This document shows positions 63,235-64,000 of a stretch of DNA of 64,000 nt, piece by piece. The translations under genes were made by a program, and so were the position numbers. The stretch comes from an uncultured Armatimonadia bacterium (GTDB lineage Bacteria; Armatimonadota; Zipacnadia; CAVVLO01). The stretch spans positions 896,001 through 960,000 of the forward strand of contig CAVVLO010000001.1 of the NCBI GenBank assembly GCA_963749155.1, in the 5' to 3' direction. The notes below the pieces were generated by a model. The model made no database searches and had not been told where the DNA came from. It saw nothing but the letters and a program-made list of their open reading frames with translations. Each line of letters starts with the position of its first letter. Position 1 is the stretch's first letter.

Positions 63235-64000
63235 ATGGAGCGGTCTACTCCTCCAGTCTGGATGGTTGCAGCAGTTGTGGTCGGCGTGCTGGTCGGCGCG
63301 GCGGCGCTCTGGCATCTGCTCGCAGGTCCGAGTGCGGGCGGGAGCCATTCCGCTGCATCGCTCTCTGATTCCACCGAGTCCGCCCCCTCTCCCGTGGCCC
63401 GGGGCCTGTACGACGAGGCCTATGCGGCAGCCGGGAAGGGGGATATACGAGGGCTGCGGAGCGCTTCTCGCAGCTGCTGGCGAAGTGTCCCAATGACCCG
63501 CTGGCCGATGATGCCCAGTACCAGCGCGGCATCTGCTTCTTCGCCCAGAGGGACTACGCCGATGCCGAGCGCGAGTTCCGGGAGCTGCAGCAGCGCTTCC
63601 CCGACAGCTACCTCAGCGAGAAGGCTGAGGACTGGATCGCCAAGGCCCGGGTCAAGCAGGGCGGCGGGACCACGAAGGTAACAGACGCTCCGGGTTCCGC
63701 TACGAGGCCTGTCGAAGAGGCCATCAGCGACGTCACGGGGGCAGGCGAGCGCAAGCTGGAGCCGCTCATCTACGAGGAGACGCGACCTGCGCCGCGGGTG
63801 GGGATGTGTGGGCCGGACGCACTGGCGATCATCTGCAAACAACTTGGAGAGGCAACTACGCCCGAAGAACTAGCCCGCCTCGCCAGCACCGACCGCACAG
63901 GCACCTCGCTGGCGGGTCTTGCGAAAGCGGCCAAGGCCAAGGGACTGGCGGCCGAGGGGCTCCAGGTGAACTACGAGTACCTGCGCAAGATGCCAAAGCC
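63235..64000 (+). CDS. Membrane-anchored TPR plus C39 cysteine peptidase domain protein, partial; apparent indel near 63445
   Basis: N-terminal TM; shifted frame gives LADDAQYQRGICFF..RDY..AEREF..LQQRFPDS then GMCGPDALAIICKQLG.....EELARLASTDRTGTSLAGLAKAAKAKGL.A.G. Confidence 0.78.

Overview
High-GC bacterial chromosome segment, most consistent with Armatimonadota or a related Terrabacteria lineage (inferred from the [20 protein letters not shown] prepilin protein, a T-box leader, sigH and PSP1), probably an anaerobe. Positions 1-51.9 kb are mostly core genome: pcm, a TolB-like lipoprotein, paaK/ACT, glnA with a split archaeal-type glutamate synthase operon, rpoN, two signalling proteins, rpsF-ssb-rpsR, sugar-phosphate enzymes, mfd, metG, T-box-valS-folC, an activase trio, sigH, the tRNA-tuf-rpmG-secE-nusG-rplKAJL cluster, fliA, a PrsA-like PPIase, mazG and ppdK. 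Four consensus sigma54 sites and one sigma28 site outline a sigma54 to sigma28 cascade. At the 3' end of tRNA-Gln(TTG) sits a ~6.1 kb element bounded by a 10-bp direct repeat (CCCAGCCATC). It encodes two tandem large serine recombinases: one apparently carries three C-terminal LuxR-type HTH domains, and the other reads through the att site so that its C-terminus would differ between the integrated and excised states. The far boundary is a degenerate tRNA-like sequence. Beyond it lies an envelope cluster (O-antigen-ligase/TPR, atypical pilin-like protein, secreted TPR protein, TM-TPR-C39 peptidase). About 19 apparent small indels break genes, including essential ones (valS, metG), and are most likely sequencing errors, so all reconstructed fusions need read-level confirmation. 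All family assignments come from motif recognition by eye, not from database searches.
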